This document shows positions 55,260 through 64,000 of a DNA stretch of 64,000 nucleotides, piece by piece (positions within the stretch are counted from its first letter, which is position 1; each line of letters begins with the position of its first letter). The notes under the pieces are model-generated. The model searched no databases. It worked only from the letters and a program-made list of their open reading frames with translations, and was not told where the DNA came from. The stretch covers positions 129,094 to 193,093 of the forward strand of contig JBBABB010000001.1 of the NCBI GenBank assembly GCA_041657885.1, in the 5' to 3' direction. A program made the position numbers and the translations under genes. This DNA comes from Minisyncoccota bacterium. GTDB taxonomy: Bacteria > Patescibacteriota > Minisyncoccia > Phycocordibacterales > UBA9973.

Positions 55260-57161
55260 ATGGCAAAAATCATAGGTATAGATTTGGGTACAACAAATAG
55301 TGCGGTCGCAATAATTGAAGGTGGACAACCAAAAATTATAGAAAATATAGAAGGTGGTCGTACAACACCATCAGTAGTTGCTATTACCAAGAATGGTGAT
55401 CGAATGGTAGGACTTTTAGCAAAACGCCAAGCAGTCACAAATCCAGAAAATACTGTTTATGGGATTAAAAGATTTGTTGGTCATTTATATGATGACCCAG
55501 AAATAAAAAAAGATGAAAAAACTATTCCGTATAAAATTCAAAAAGGTTCAACTGGAGGTGTGGAAGTAAAAATGGGTGATCAATGGTTTCGTCCAGAAGA
55601 AATTTCAGCAAAAATTTTAGGAAAAATAAAAGCCGATGTTGAAGCAAAGCTCGGAGAGAAAATTACAGAAGCAGTTATCACTGTTCCTGCTTATTTTAAT
55701 GATGCTCAAAGAAAAGCAACCAAAGATGCTGGAATTATTGCCGGGCTGAGTGTTATGCGTATTATCAATGAACCTACTGCTGCCGCTCTTGCTTACGGGT
55801 TTAATAATAAAAAAAATGAAAAAATAGCTGTGTACGACTTTGGAGGTGGAACTTTTGATATTTCTGTTCTTGAAGTTGGAGATGATGTTATTGAAGTGAA
55901 ATCTACTGATGGCGACTCGCACATGGGTGGTGAAGATATTGACCAGAAAGTTGTAAAATGGATTGCTGATGAATATAAAAAAGAATCAGGTATTGATGTT
56001 ACAAAAGATATGCTTGCTCTACAGAGATTGAAAGAGGCGGCAGAAAAGACAAAGCATGAACTTTCCACAACCATGGAATCAGAAATAAATATTCCATTTA
56101 TTACTTCAGACGCCTCAGGTCCTAAGCATTTACTTTTGAAAATGACTAGAGCAACTCTTGAATCATTAGCCGAAGAATATATCACTCGCTCAATCGAAAT
56201 AACTAAAAGGGCATTTGAAGCTTCGCCATTTAAGATGAATGAAATTAATGAACTAATTCTTGTTGGCGGACAAACCAGAATGCCAGCTATATACGAAGCT
56301 GTTAAGAAATTGTTTGGACGTGAACCAAATCGTTCAATCAATCCAGATGAAGTTGTCGCACTCGGTGCTGCAGTTCAAGCAGGGGTTCTTCAAGGAGATG
56401 TTCGTGACGTTCTACTTCTTGATGTTATTCCATTATCTCTTGGAATTGAAACGTTAGGTGGAGTTGCTACTAAATTAGTTGACCGCAATACCACTATTCC
56501 AAGCTCAAAATCGCAAACATTTTCTACTGCGGCCGATAATCAAACATCTGTAGAAATTCATATTACTCAAGGTGAACGCCCAATGGCCTCTGATAACAAA
56601 TCTCTTGGAAGATTTATATTAGATGGAATTCCTCCAGCACCACGTGGCATGCCTCAAATTGAAGTTACTTTTGATGTAGATGCCAATGGAATACTTAATG
56701 TTAAGGCGAAAGATAAGGCCTCTGGCAAAGAACAATCTATTCGTATTGAAGCAAGTTCAGGGCTTACTGAAGCAGATATAAAGAAAATGCGTGATGAAGC
56801 GGAAGCACATGCTGGAGAGGACTTAAAGAAAAAAGAATTGGCAGATGAGAAAAATACAGCTGAGATGATAATCTTTACAGCCGAGAAATCATTAAAAGAA
56901 TATGGTGATAAAGTTCCAGCAGAAACAAAAACATTAATTGAAGAAAAGTTAGGAGCTGTTAGAACTGCAAAAGAAGGGTCTGATATAGGAGCAATCAAAA
57001 CTGCTATTGAAAACTTAACGACAGAACTTTCTAAAATTGGTGAAATAATGAATAAAGCAAATCAAGAAGCAAGTGCAAATGCAAATCAAAATCCAACCCC
57101 AGAAGAAAAAGGGGAAGAAATAAAAGATGCGGAAGTAAAAGAAGGGGAACAAAATAAATAG
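55260..57161 (+). CDS. dnaK: Chaperone DnaK (Hsp70)
   Basis: [40 protein letters not shown]-like C-terminus. Confidence 0.95.
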   Translation: MAKIIGIDLGTTNSAVAIIEGGQPKIIENIEGGRTTPSVVAITKNGDRMVGLLAKRQAVTNPENTVYGIKRFVGHLYDDPEIKKDEKTIPYKIQKGSTGGVEVKMGDQWFRPEEISAKILGKIKADVEAKLGEKITEAVITVPAYFNDAQRKATKDAGIIAGLSVMRIINEPTAAALAYGFNNKKNEKIAVYDFGGGTFDISVLEVGDDVIEVKSTDGDSHMGGEDIDQKVVKWIADEYKKESGIDVTKDMLALQRLKEAAEKTKHELSTTMESEINIPFITSDASGPKHLLLKMTRATLESLAEEYITRSIEITKRAFEASPFKMNEINELILVGGQTRMPAIYEAVKKLFGREPNRSINPDEVVALGAAVQAGVLQGDVRDVLLLDVIPLSLGIETLGGVATKLVDRNTTIPSSKSQTFSTAADNQTSVEIHITQGERPMASDNKSLGRFILDGIPPAPRGMPQIEVTFDVDANGILNVKAKDKASGKEQSIRIEASSGLTEADIKKMRDEAEAHAGEDLKKKELADEKNTAEMIIFTAEKSLKEYGDKVPAETKTLIEEKLGAVRTAKEGSDIGAIKTAIENLTTELSKIGEIMNKANQEASANANQNPTPEEKGEEIKDAEVKEGEQNK

Positions 57162-57248
57162 AGTCGTTTCGCAGGATTATTAAAATTATTCGCGCTTTAC
57201 CCAGAGTACTGGGGCCTACGCGACTCATAATTTCAACAAATCCTGCTC
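57162..57248. repeat. Family D structured repeat copy 2, between dnaK and dnaJ
   Basis: About 90% identical to 54371..54455. Confidence 0.7.
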
Positions 57249-57277
57249 CACTCTTTTAAATTATATTAATATATTCC

Positions 57278-58366
57278 ATGCCTAAAAATTATTACGAAAC
57301 ACTTGGAGTAAATAAAAATGCTTCGAAAGATGAGATAAAAAAAGCATTTCATAAACAAGCTCATAAATATCATCCTGATAAAAATAAGGGTGATGATAAA
57401 AAGTTCAAGGAAGTAAATGAAGCTTACCAAGTTCTTTCTGATGACCAAAAACGCTCTAGATATGATCAATTCGGCTCTGCTGATGGGCCCTCCTTCGCCG
57501 GAGGCTACGGCGGGGCGCAGCAAGGATTTGGAGGTTTTGACTTCTCAGGGTTCCAAAATGGCCAAAGTTACGATATGGGAGACCTTGGTGATATCTTTGG
57601 AGATTTTTTCGGAGGTGGTATGGGGCGTGGAACTAAAAATTCTCGTCGCGGGAGAGATATTCAAACAGAGATTGATTTAACTTTTGAAGAATCTATTTTT
57701 GGAGTAAATCGCAGAGTTTCAATTACAAAACAAGCAACTTGTGATATTTGTAAAGGAACTGGTGGAAAAGTTGGAACAAAAATGAATACTTGTAGGACTT
57801 GTAATGGACAAGGACAGATTCGTGAGATTCGCCGTTCTATTTTAGGGTCATTTTCTACGACGAAAATTTGTGACATATGTCTTGGAACTGGAAAAATTCC
57901 ATCGGAAAAATGTTCAAATTGTCATGGAGCTGGTGTATATAGGAAACAAAAAGAAATAGAATTAAATATTCCAGCTGGTATTAATAATGGAGAAATGCTT
58001 AAAATGTCTGGTGCTGGGGAGGATATCCAAGGAGGGCAATCTGGCGATTTATATATAAAAGTAAAAGTCAAACCACACCCATTATACAAACGCGACGGAC
58101 TCAATTTAACTATGGATTTACAGATTAAACTCACTGATGCCCTCCTTGGTATGACTTATAATTTAAGAATATTAGAAGGGAATACAATAGAAATTAAAAT
58201 TCCAGAAGGAATAAATCACAATGAATTACTTCGTGTGCGTGGCAAAGGTGTGCCATCTAGTCGTGGACGAGGAGATATAATTCTAAGAATAAAAGTGAAG
58301 ATGCCATTAAAACTTTCTCGTAAATCAAAAGAAATAATTGAAGAACTCAAGAAGGAGGGTGTATAA
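57278..58366 (+). CDS. dnaJ: Chaperone DnaJ
   Basis: J-domain YYETLGV...HPD, G/F-rich region, four CxxCxGxG repeats. Confidence 0.9.
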   Translation: MPKNYYETLGVNKNASKDEIKKAFHKQAHKYHPDKNKGDDKKFKEVNEAYQVLSDDQKRSRYDQFGSADGPSFAGGYGGAQQGFGGFDFSGFQNGQSYDMGDLGDIFGDFFGGGMGRGTKNSRRGRDIQTEIDLTFEESIFGVNRRVSITKQATCDICKGTGGKVGTKMNTCRTCNGQGQIREIRRSILGSFSTTKICDICLGTGKIPSEKCSNCHGAGVYRKQKEIELNIPAGINNGEMLKMSGAGEDIQGGQSGDLYIKVKVKPHPLYKRDGLNLTMDLQIKLTDALLGMTYNLRILEGNTIEIKIPEGINHNELLRVRGKGVPSSRGRGDIILRIKVKMPLKLSRKSKEIIEELKKEGV

Positions 58367-58369
58367 AAT

Positions 58370-58413
58370 CAGACAGTGCCTAAAGCGCTATGTAGCGCTT
58401 TAGGCACTGTCTG
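58370..58413 (+). terminator. Long perfect hairpin (about 19-bp stem cagacagtgcctaaagcgc...gcgctttaggcactgtctg) after dnaJ
   Basis: Perfect inverted repeat; a weak T-tract follows. Confidence 0.55.
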
Positions 58414-58500
58414 GAATTCCTTTACATATTTCACATTTTTGCTATCATTGGTAATATTATTATTTATTGCGGGCAAAACAATTTTGCTTGATATAAAGAG

Positions 58501-59889
58501 ATGAATAAAAGTTCTAAGGCTGCGAAGAAGCTCTGGAAGATTGGTTCTAAAGATTTCAACACTCAATATTTTGATTACAATAAAGAGGGCGATCTAATTA
58601 TTAAAGAAGGACATAATATTTATAACGTTCGTTATTTAGCAGAGAAATTCAGCACATCACTCGAAATTCTTATGCCTTTTGTTATTGAAGAGAGGTTAGA
58701 AGATTTCTTGGATTTAGTAACCGCCTTGTCAAAAAAAGTAGGATATAAGGGAAAATTCTTTTATCATTATCCGATGAAAGTAAACCAAAGTAAGGAAATA
58801 GTAATGGCTGTTGCTGGCGAAGGTGCTCATCTTGAAACATCTTCATACAATGAATTATGGATGGTTAAGAAAATGCTTGAACAAGAAAAATTTAATCCAA
58901 ACATTCGTATTCTTTGCTCTGGACCAAAAACTAATAATTATATAAATTTAATAGATGACCTTCAGCATAAAGGTGTTAAGATTTTCCCACTCATTGAAGG
59001 TCCAAATGAATTAAAATTTTTACAATATTCAAAATATGATGTGGGCATTCGTATAGATATACCGGTAAAAGCAAGTTCTCGTTGGAACAAAGCAGTAGAT
59101 AGGTTTGGTTTTTCCGCTAAAGAAATTTTAAGTATGGGCTCATTTAAAAATTTAAAGATTCTTCACTATCATATTGGTTCACAAATTGAGAAACTTTCAG
59201 ATGTTCTTATCCCTATTAAATACGCCCTCAATGTTTATTTCAAACTCAAAGAGAAAAATCCTTCACTTGATACACTTGACATTGGGGGTGGAATGCCGAT
59301 TCCTTACACCAGAGAAAAAATTTATCGTATAGAGAACTTAATGGAGAAAATTTTTAAACTTGTGAAGTCAGAATCAGAAAAAAAGGGAATGTCACATCCA
59401 AATTTAATATGCGAATGGGGAAGGTATATGGTAGCCCCCGCGCAAATAACAATTTATAAAGTTATTGATACAAAAAGAATAAAAAGTAAAAAAAGTCCTG
59501 CCAAGAAATGGTACGTTATAGATGGAAGTTTTATGAATGACCTTCCGGACACTTGGGCGATTGACCAAAAATGGGCTATTTCCCCAGTAAACGATAAAAG
59601 AGATGGGAATTTGAATGAAGTTTGGCTTGCAGGGTCTTCTTGTGACTCAGATGATATATATAAAGGGCTGAATGGAACAGTAACTCTCCCTGACTTTGAT
59701 ACAAATGGAGATAATGATGGAGGGTCAATGTATATTGCGGTATATGATACAGGAGCGTATCAGACATCACTCGCAGCTCAACACTGCATGCTTTCTTCCC
59801 CTATGAAAATCGTAGTAGAAAATGGTCATATTGTAGTGGCTCGTAAACACGAATCAGCTGATGAAGTTGGAAAAAATTTTGGCTGGTAG
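58501..59889 (+). CDS. PLP-dependent decarboxylase, Orn/DAP/Arg decarboxylase (fold III) family; probable arginine decarboxylase
   Basis: LDIGGGMPIPY and GSSCDSDD motifs (cf. SpeA ..CDSDG); adjacent agmatinase supports the ADC role. Confidence 0.55.
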   Translation: MNKSSKAAKKLWKIGSKDFNTQYFDYNKEGDLIIKEGHNIYNVRYLAEKFSTSLEILMPFVIEERLEDFLDLVTALSKKVGYKGKFFYHYPMKVNQSKEIVMAVAGEGAHLETSSYNELWMVKKMLEQEKFNPNIRILCSGPKTNNYINLIDDLQHKGVKIFPLIEGPNELKFLQYSKYDVGIRIDIPVKASSRWNKAVDRFGFSAKEILSMGSFKNLKILHYHIGSQIEKLSDVLIPIKYALNVYFKLKEKNPSLDTLDIGGGMPIPYTREKIYRIENLMEKIFKLVKSESEKKGMSHPNLICEWGRYMVAPAQITIYKVIDTKRIKSKKSPAKKWYVIDGSFMNDLPDTWAIDQKWAISPVNDKRDGNLNEVWLAGSSCDSDDIYKGLNGTVTLPDFDTNGDNDGGSMYIAVYDTGAYQTSLAAQHCMLSSPMKIVVENGHIVVARKHESADEVGKNFGW

Positions 59890-59895
59890 TAGAAT

Positions 59896-59972
59896 ATAAT
59901 TAATAATTAATAATTAATAATTAATAATTAATAATTAATAATTAATAATTAATAATTAATAATTAATAATTA
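59896..59972. repeat. Heptanucleotide microsatellite (ataatta)x11 in the intergenic region
   Basis: Perfect tandem 7-mer repeats. Confidence 0.9.
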
Positions 59973-59998
59973 AGAATTAAAGCGAAACAAATTATTTT

Positions 59999-61015
59999 AT
60001 GAATACAAATTTAAACACATTAGAATTTATTCTAAAAAATTATAAGAACTTCAATGCTCGCGCAACGAAAGACGCGATGATTTCATATTGGCGTCATATT
60101 GAAAAAGGAGGCAAAATGTTTTGGGCTATGGGAGGAGCCATGTCTTCAGCTCAGCTTGGGATTACTCTTGCTCCAGCAATCAGGAATGGATTAATTTCAG
60201 GAATGTCTGTGACTGGGGCTAACCTTGAGGAGTCATTGTTCCGTCTCGTTGCCCACAAGAGCTACAAAGACTTTCCTGATTATAGATATTTTACAAAAGA
60301 AGATGATACAAAGATTTTAGAAGACCGTATGCGACGTGTGACAGATACAAGTATTCCTGAAGACGAAGCATTTCGTGTTGTTGAAAAACAAATTGTTCCT
60401 ACATGGAAAAAAGCTACAGTAGATGGGACAAGAAAATTTTGGCATGAATACTTTTATGAACTTATCCAATCAATTGATAAGAGTAAACACGAAGGAAGAG
60501 CAGATGAATGTTGGTTGCTTGCTGCAGCAGAGAAAAATATTCCAATAGTGGTACCTGGTTATGAGGACTCAACATTTGGAAATATTTTTGCTTCTTATGT
60601 AAAGACCGGTGAATGTAGTGCAAATATTGCTAAATCGGGTGTTGAATACATGGTGGCATGGTACGATCAGTATCAAGATTTGTCTAAGGATAAAGGAGTT
60701 GGACTTTTTCAAATTGGTGGAGGAATTGCGGGTGATTTTCCAATTTGTGTTGTTCCTTCTATAAAATATGATTTAAAAAAAGAAGTAAAACCATGGGCTT
60801 ATTTCTGCCAGATTTCAGATTCTACAACTTCTTATGGTTCATATTCCGGAGCAACCCCAAATGAAAAAATTACTTGGGATAAGCTTACGAAAGACACTCC
60901 GATGTTCGTCATTGAATCAGATGCTACTATTGTTGCCCCACTTATACTTACGGCACTTCTTGAGTGTAAAGCAAATCCAGGTGGAGCTAATAAATTAATA
61001 GAACAAATGGGTTAG
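59999..61015 (+). CDS. Deoxyhypusine synthase-like protein (possible homospermidine synthase)
   Basis: FWAMGGAMSSAQLG...GMSVTGANLEESLF resembles the DHS family. Confidence 0.55.
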   Translation: MNTNLNTLEFILKNYKNFNARATKDAMISYWRHIEKGGKMFWAMGGAMSSAQLGITLAPAIRNGLISGMSVTGANLEESLFRLVAHKSYKDFPDYRYFTKEDDTKILEDRMRRVTDTSIPEDEAFRVVEKQIVPTWKKATVDGTRKFWHEYFYELIQSIDKSKHEGRADECWLLAAAEKNIPIVVPGYEDSTFGNIFASYVKTGECSANIAKSGVEYMVAWYDQYQDLSKDKGVGLFQIGGGIAGDFPICVVPSIKYDLKKEVKPWAYFCQISDSTTSYGSYSGATPNEKITWDKLTKDTPMFVIESDATIVAPLILTALLECKANPGGANKLIEQMG

Positions 61016-61020
61016 GTTTG

Positions 61021-61115
61021 AAATAGCTTTTCTCAGAGGGTACACCAATTTCTTGGTAGAAATTCGTTCAGTGTTCGCTCCGTCGAGCTCACAAGCCCCT
61101 CTGATAAAACTATTT
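61021..61115. repeat. MITE-like repeat family A, copy 4
   Basis: aaatagcttttctcagagggtac...gctccgtcgagctcacaagcccctctgataaaactattt. Confidence 0.7.
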
Positions 61116-61135
61116 CAGACCTAACCCTCAATACT

Positions 61136-62200
61136 ATGAAAGGTAATAAAGAAAAAAAGAAAATATTAGAAGAAAAAATTTCAAAGTTTAATCCCAGTGA
61201 TAGTGGAGCTCTTCATCATGGAATTTTTGGATTACCATTTAACCCTGAAGAATCAAGGGTTATTTTGGTTCCGGTGCCATGGGAATCCACAGCAACTTAT
61301 GGCGTTGGAACCGCCTTGGGACCAAAAGCAATTTTAGATGCATCGCAGCAAATTGATCTATATGACCCGATAAATCCCGATGGTTGGAAAGAGGGAATTG
61401 CTATGCAAGATATTCCTTCTAGTATTTTCTATAAAAATCAACAAGTTAGAGAAAAAATTTTAAAATATTTTGAAAAATATATTGAAAAAGATATAGATAA
61501 AGGATTACAAGATGAAATAAATGTAAGTTGTCTTGAGCTTAATGATTATGTTAAAGAAACCACCAGAAAATTTTTGGAAGATGATAAAATTGTCGGATTA
61601 GTTGGAGGGGACCACAGTGTAATTCTTGGATATCTGAAGGCGTTATCTAAAAAGTATAAAGATTTTGGAGTACTTCATATTGATGCCCATTGTGACTTAA
61701 GAAATGCTTATCTTGGACTTGAATATTCTCATGCCTCAATATTTTTTAATGCTTTAAAGATAAAAAATATTTCTAAATTAGTCCAAGTGGGAATTCGAGA
61801 TTTTAGTCATGCAGAAAATGATTTTATAAAGAAAGAAAAAAATAGAATATCTCTGTTCACAGATTATGAAATCAAAAAAGCAGTATTTTCAGGAGTAACT
61901 TTGAAAAAAAAGTTTGATGAAATTATTAAAAAACTTCCTAAGAATGTCTATATTTCTTTTGATGTTGATGGGTTAATGCCATATCTAAGCCCAAACACTG
62001 GCACGCCTGTCGTTGGTGGATTTACAATAGAAGAAATGGTTTTCCTATTTGAGGAAATGATAGCTTCAGGTAGAAAAATTATCGGTTTTGATTTGTGTGA
62101 AGTTGCTCCAGGAAAAGATGGCCAGTGGGACGGTAACGTCGGGGCAAGAATCTTGTATAAATTGTGTTTATTGACACTCAAAAGCCAAAAAATAAAATAA
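61136..62200 (+). CDS. speB: Agmatinase (ureohydrolase/arginase family)
   Basis: GGDHSVILGYL, LHIDAHCDL, SFDVDGLMP manganese-binding motifs. Confidence 0.75.
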   Translation: MKGNKEKKKILEEKISKFNPSDSGALHHGIFGLPFNPEESRVILVPVPWESTATYGVGTALGPKAILDASQQIDLYDPINPDGWKEGIAMQDIPSSIFYKNQQVREKILKYFEKYIEKDIDKGLQDEINVSCLELNDYVKETTRKFLEDDKIVGLVGGDHSVILGYLKALSKKYKDFGVLHIDAHCDLRNAYLGLEYSHASIFFNALKIKNISKLVQVGIRDFSHAENDFIKKEKNRISLFTDYEIKKAVFSGVTLKKKFDEIIKKLPKNVYISFDVDGLMPYLSPNTGTPVVGGFTIEEMVFLFEEMIASGRKIIGFDLCEVAPGKDGQWDGNVGARILYKLCLLTLKSQKIK

Positions 62201-62213
62201 AAAATTAATTTTG

Positions 62214-62222
62214 TGATATAAT
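62214..62222 (+). promoter_or_regulatory. Extended -10 TGTGATATAAT 6 nt upstream of ATG 62229
   Basis: Motif. Confidence 0.45.
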
Positions 62223-62228
62223 TATCAT

Positions 62229-62414
62229 ATGTCATGGTTTTTTATTGCACTCGGGGCTCCATTTTTATGGGCAATTGTAAATATTGCTGACCAGTATCTT
62301 GTTAAAAAATATGCTATTGGGCACAAAGGTTCAGGTGGGCTTGTGCTTTTTTCTAGTTTGATTGGGATTGTGAAGAAAATGGTTTGGATTTATCAAAAAC
62401 AAGAACATGTATAA
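62229..62414 (+). pseudogene. Truncated N-terminal fragment of an EamA/DMT-like transporter (61 aa)
   Basis: MSWFFIALGAPFLWAIVNIADQYLVKK resembles the first TM of DMT transporters, then terminates. Confidence 0.3.
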
Positions 62415-62556
62415 AACCAAGCAGGACACACTGTGGAACTTGTCCTTGTTGTTGGGATAGAAGAAGATGTTATTTATTAGCAGGAATTAATGATAAAACT
62501 AAGTATTTGAAACCATACCCCAAAAAGTCTAGTGGATATTATTAAGATACAATAAA

Positions 62557-63087
62557 ATGAATAAAGAAATAGAAATTAAAATTGAAATCGATAAGAAACT
62601 ATTTATATATTTTACAAAAGGTAAGTCTTTTCAGTATGAAAAAACTTATGGTTATTTTACTGACAACTATGAAAATATGGGGAGGGGAGTTTTTCCTAGA
62701 ATTAAAACTATGGGTAATACCTCTTTAGTTTCAGTGAAGGTTAAGATAAAAGAAACTAAAATGTTTGAAAGAGATGAATATGAATTTGAAATAGAAACGC
62801 ACAAAATAGAATCTGTAAGGAGTATGTTTAGAGTTTTAGGATATTCAATAGAGCACATTTTTGAGAAAAAACGTTATAAATTAAAATCCATAAATGAGTG
62901 TGAATTTGTTGTGGATGAATTACCTTTTGGTTATTTTATAGAGCTAGAAGGAGAAGAAAAAAATATCGAAAAATCAATTGAAGAATTAAAACTACAAGAT
63001 AATGAAAAAATAAATGGTGCATATCTTAAATTATGGGAAAAATATAAAAAAGATAATAATTTATCAGGTGAGTGTCTTTTTTCTTAA
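62557..63087 (+). CDS. CYTH domain protein (class IV adenylyl cyclase/triphosphatase-like)
   Basis: N-terminal EIEIKIEI (ExExK signature of CYTH), acidic motifs downstream. Confidence 0.55.
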   Translation: MNKEIEIKIEIDKKLFIYFTKGKSFQYEKTYGYFTDNYENMGRGVFPRIKTMGNTSLVSVKVKIKETKMFERDEYEFEIETHKIESVRSMFRVLGYSIEHIFEKKRYKLKSINECEFVVDELPFGYFIELEGEEKNIEKSIEELKLQDNEKINGAYLKLWEKYKKDNNLSGECLFS

Positions 63088-63094
63088 ATAATTT

Positions 63095-63250
63095 ATGTTA
63101 ATTTATGTAGCAGGAATACCGGGTGTTGGAAAGACTACTATAATCAAAAAACTAGTGGAGAAACTTAATTTAAATAAACAGAAATCCGAGTCTGTAAGTG
63201 GCTTACCAATATTATGTAAGCTTGCTGGAGATAATTCAATCCGTATTTAA
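63095..63250 (+). pseudogene. Truncated P-loop NMP-kinase-like fragment (51 aa, Walker A AGIPGVGKTT)
   Basis: Walker A motif, then a stop after about 50 codons. Confidence 0.35.
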
Positions 63251-63251
63251 A

Positions 63252-63353
63252 GAGCATAAAATAGTTGAAATAGATTGTTCTAAAATAATTTATGGTGGCG
63301 GGGGACTTCATTGTATTACAATGCAACAACCAGATATTAATCTTAATCTTTAG
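63252..63353 (+). pseudogene. C-terminal remnant of agmatine deiminase/PAD-type amidinotransferase (...IYGGGGLHCITMQQP)
   Basis: GGG.HCIT.QQP is the characteristic C-terminus of agmatine deiminase (PF04371); no upstream body. Confidence 0.4.
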
Positions 63354-63446
63354 GTGTTAATAATATTTTCGATTGACATTGCAATAAATGATATTGTGTT
63401 GTATAATTGAAACAAATAACAAAGTTTTAAATAAAAATCTTGTACC

Positions 63447-64000
63447 ATGAAAACTACAAATTCAAATCAGATTGTCCTTACAGGCATTCGTCCAACAAGC
63501 AATCTTACGATTGCAAACTATATTGGAGCTATAATGCCAATCCTTGCTTTCCAAGAAGAAGGACTAAGACCCTATGTTTTTGTCGCTGATATTCACGCAC
63601 TTACGGACAATGAACCGGAAGTGTTAAAATATGGTGATGAAATATTAATTGACCTATTAGCCGCTGGTGTTGATCCGGTAAAGACAATTGTATATAAACA
63701 ATCGTCTATTGCTAATGAAATCGGTGTGTTGACACTACTGCTTGCACGTCATGTTTCTGTTACAGAGTTATTGAGATTACCTACGTTAAAAGAAAAGGTA
63801 AAATCAGATAATGTTGAAAATGCAAATGCGTTACTTTTGATGTATCCCGTGATGATGGCAGCCGATATTCTTGTGCAAAGGGCAACCACTATTCCAGTCG
63901 GAAAAGACCAGACTGCTCATATTGAAATAGCCAGAAAAATTGCAAGGCGTTTCAATAAAGAAGTGGGGGATATTTTCCCTGAACCTGTAACTCACGTTAT
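63447..64000 (+). CDS. trpS: Tryptophanyl-tRNA synthetase (3' end outside window)
   Basis: TGIRPTSNLTIANYIGA (HIGH-region equivalent), class I fold; ORF open to the window end. Confidence 0.85.
   Translation, partial: MKTTNSNQIVLTGIRPTSNLTIANYIGAIMPILAFQEEGLRPYVFVADIHALTDNEPEVLKYGDEILIDLLAAGVDPVKTIVYKQSSIANEIGVLTLLLARHVSVTELLRLPTLKEKVKSDNVENANALLLMYPVMMAADILVQRATTIPVGKDQTAHIEIARKIARRFNKEVGDIFPEPVTHV

Noticed and set aside
53700-55260. Search for CIRCE (TTAGCACTC-N9-GAGTGCTAA) or HAIR (CTTGAGT-N7-ACTCAAG) operators near grpE/dnaK/dnaJ
   Set aside because: No match found. Only a CTTGAG...CTCAAG pair separated by about 60 nt upstream of the PaaX-like gene, which does not fit HAIR spacing.
59896-59972. 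Possible CRISPR array
   Set aside because: Perfect 7-nt tandem repeats with no spacers. This is a microsatellite, not a CRISPR array; no cas genes in the window.
63373-63408. Canonical sigma-70 promoter for trpS (TTGACA ... TGTTGTATAAT)
   Set aside because: The -35 to -10 spacing is about 23 nt, too long for a standard sigma-70 promoter. Only the extended -10 is credible, so it is not listed as a feature.
1-64000. rRNA, RNase P RNA, tmRNA, SRP RNA
   Set aside because: No stretch with their conserved sequence blocks was recognised by eye; a covariance-model scan (Infernal/Rfam) would be needed to exclude small ncRNAs.

Overview
This is an AT-rich (about 30% GC) window from a compact bacterial chromosome. 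The gene content and style point to a small-genome, CPR/Patescibacteria-like organism (inference): short housekeeping proteins, an AlaRS with no C-terminal domain, many small membrane proteins, and weak or absent Shine-Dalgarno sequences. Most of the window is housekeeping.

Identified housekeeping genes:
- 5' end: DEAD-box helicase fragment, lactate-permease-like gene, histidine kinase, hpf.
- Translation-associated block: fmt, def, hisS, lepB, pth, rpsA.
- Replication and division block: gyrA, gpmI, trxB, ftsZ, ftsA, ybeY, rpsU, priA, mreB, holB-like gene, frr, rseP, typA, mltG, mnmA, mgtC, alaS.
- Ribosomal cluster: infA, rpmJ, rpsM, rpsK, rpsD, rpoA, rplQ, rplM, rpsI.
- Chaperone locus: grpE, dnaK, dnaJ.
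- Polyamine cluster: a PLP-dependent decarboxylase, a deoxyhypusine-synthase-like gene and an agmatinase.
- A partial trpS runs off the 3' end.
- RNA genes: tRNA-Glu(UUC), tRNA-Ser(CGA) and tRNA-Val(GAC).

The noteworthy content is non-canonical repeats and mobile DNA:
1. A family of short GC-rich palindromic elements inserted in frame into conserved genes. One 38-nt element is identical in typA and mnmA and encodes [12 protein letters not shown]; a variant sits in rpsI; an insertion in priA has 10-bp flanking direct repeats. mnmA carries at least five such insertions. This resembles the Rickettsia palindromic element phenomenon.
2. A REP-associated tyrosine transposase (RAYT, HuH-Y1) flanked by 25-bp perfect palindromes. 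A third copy lies in frame inside the gene, and the stop codon sits in the loop of the 3' palindrome.
3. A roughly 100-120 bp MITE-like intergenic repeat with about 20-30 bp terminal inverted repeats, in four full copies plus fragments.
4. Two paralogous PaaX-like winged-helix proteins, each with GC-rich palindromes nearby. One lies antisense between grpE and dnaK. With it are a 32-nt motif shared by the 5' ends of grpE, dnaK and mnmA, and a roughly 90-bp structured repeat after both grpE and dnaK.
5. A tandem array of six paralogous small two-TM secreted proteins (VirB2/TrbC-pilin-like).
6. A GC-rich (about 47%) foreign-looking gene between rpsU and priA.
7. At least 15 genes with an extended -10 box (TGnTATAAT) 6-9 nt upstream of the start codon, implying widespread leaderless mRNAs.
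8. Gene remnants, including an agmatine deiminase C-terminus, next to the polyamine cluster.

No CRISPR array, rRNA gene or classical CIRCE/HAIR operator was seen.
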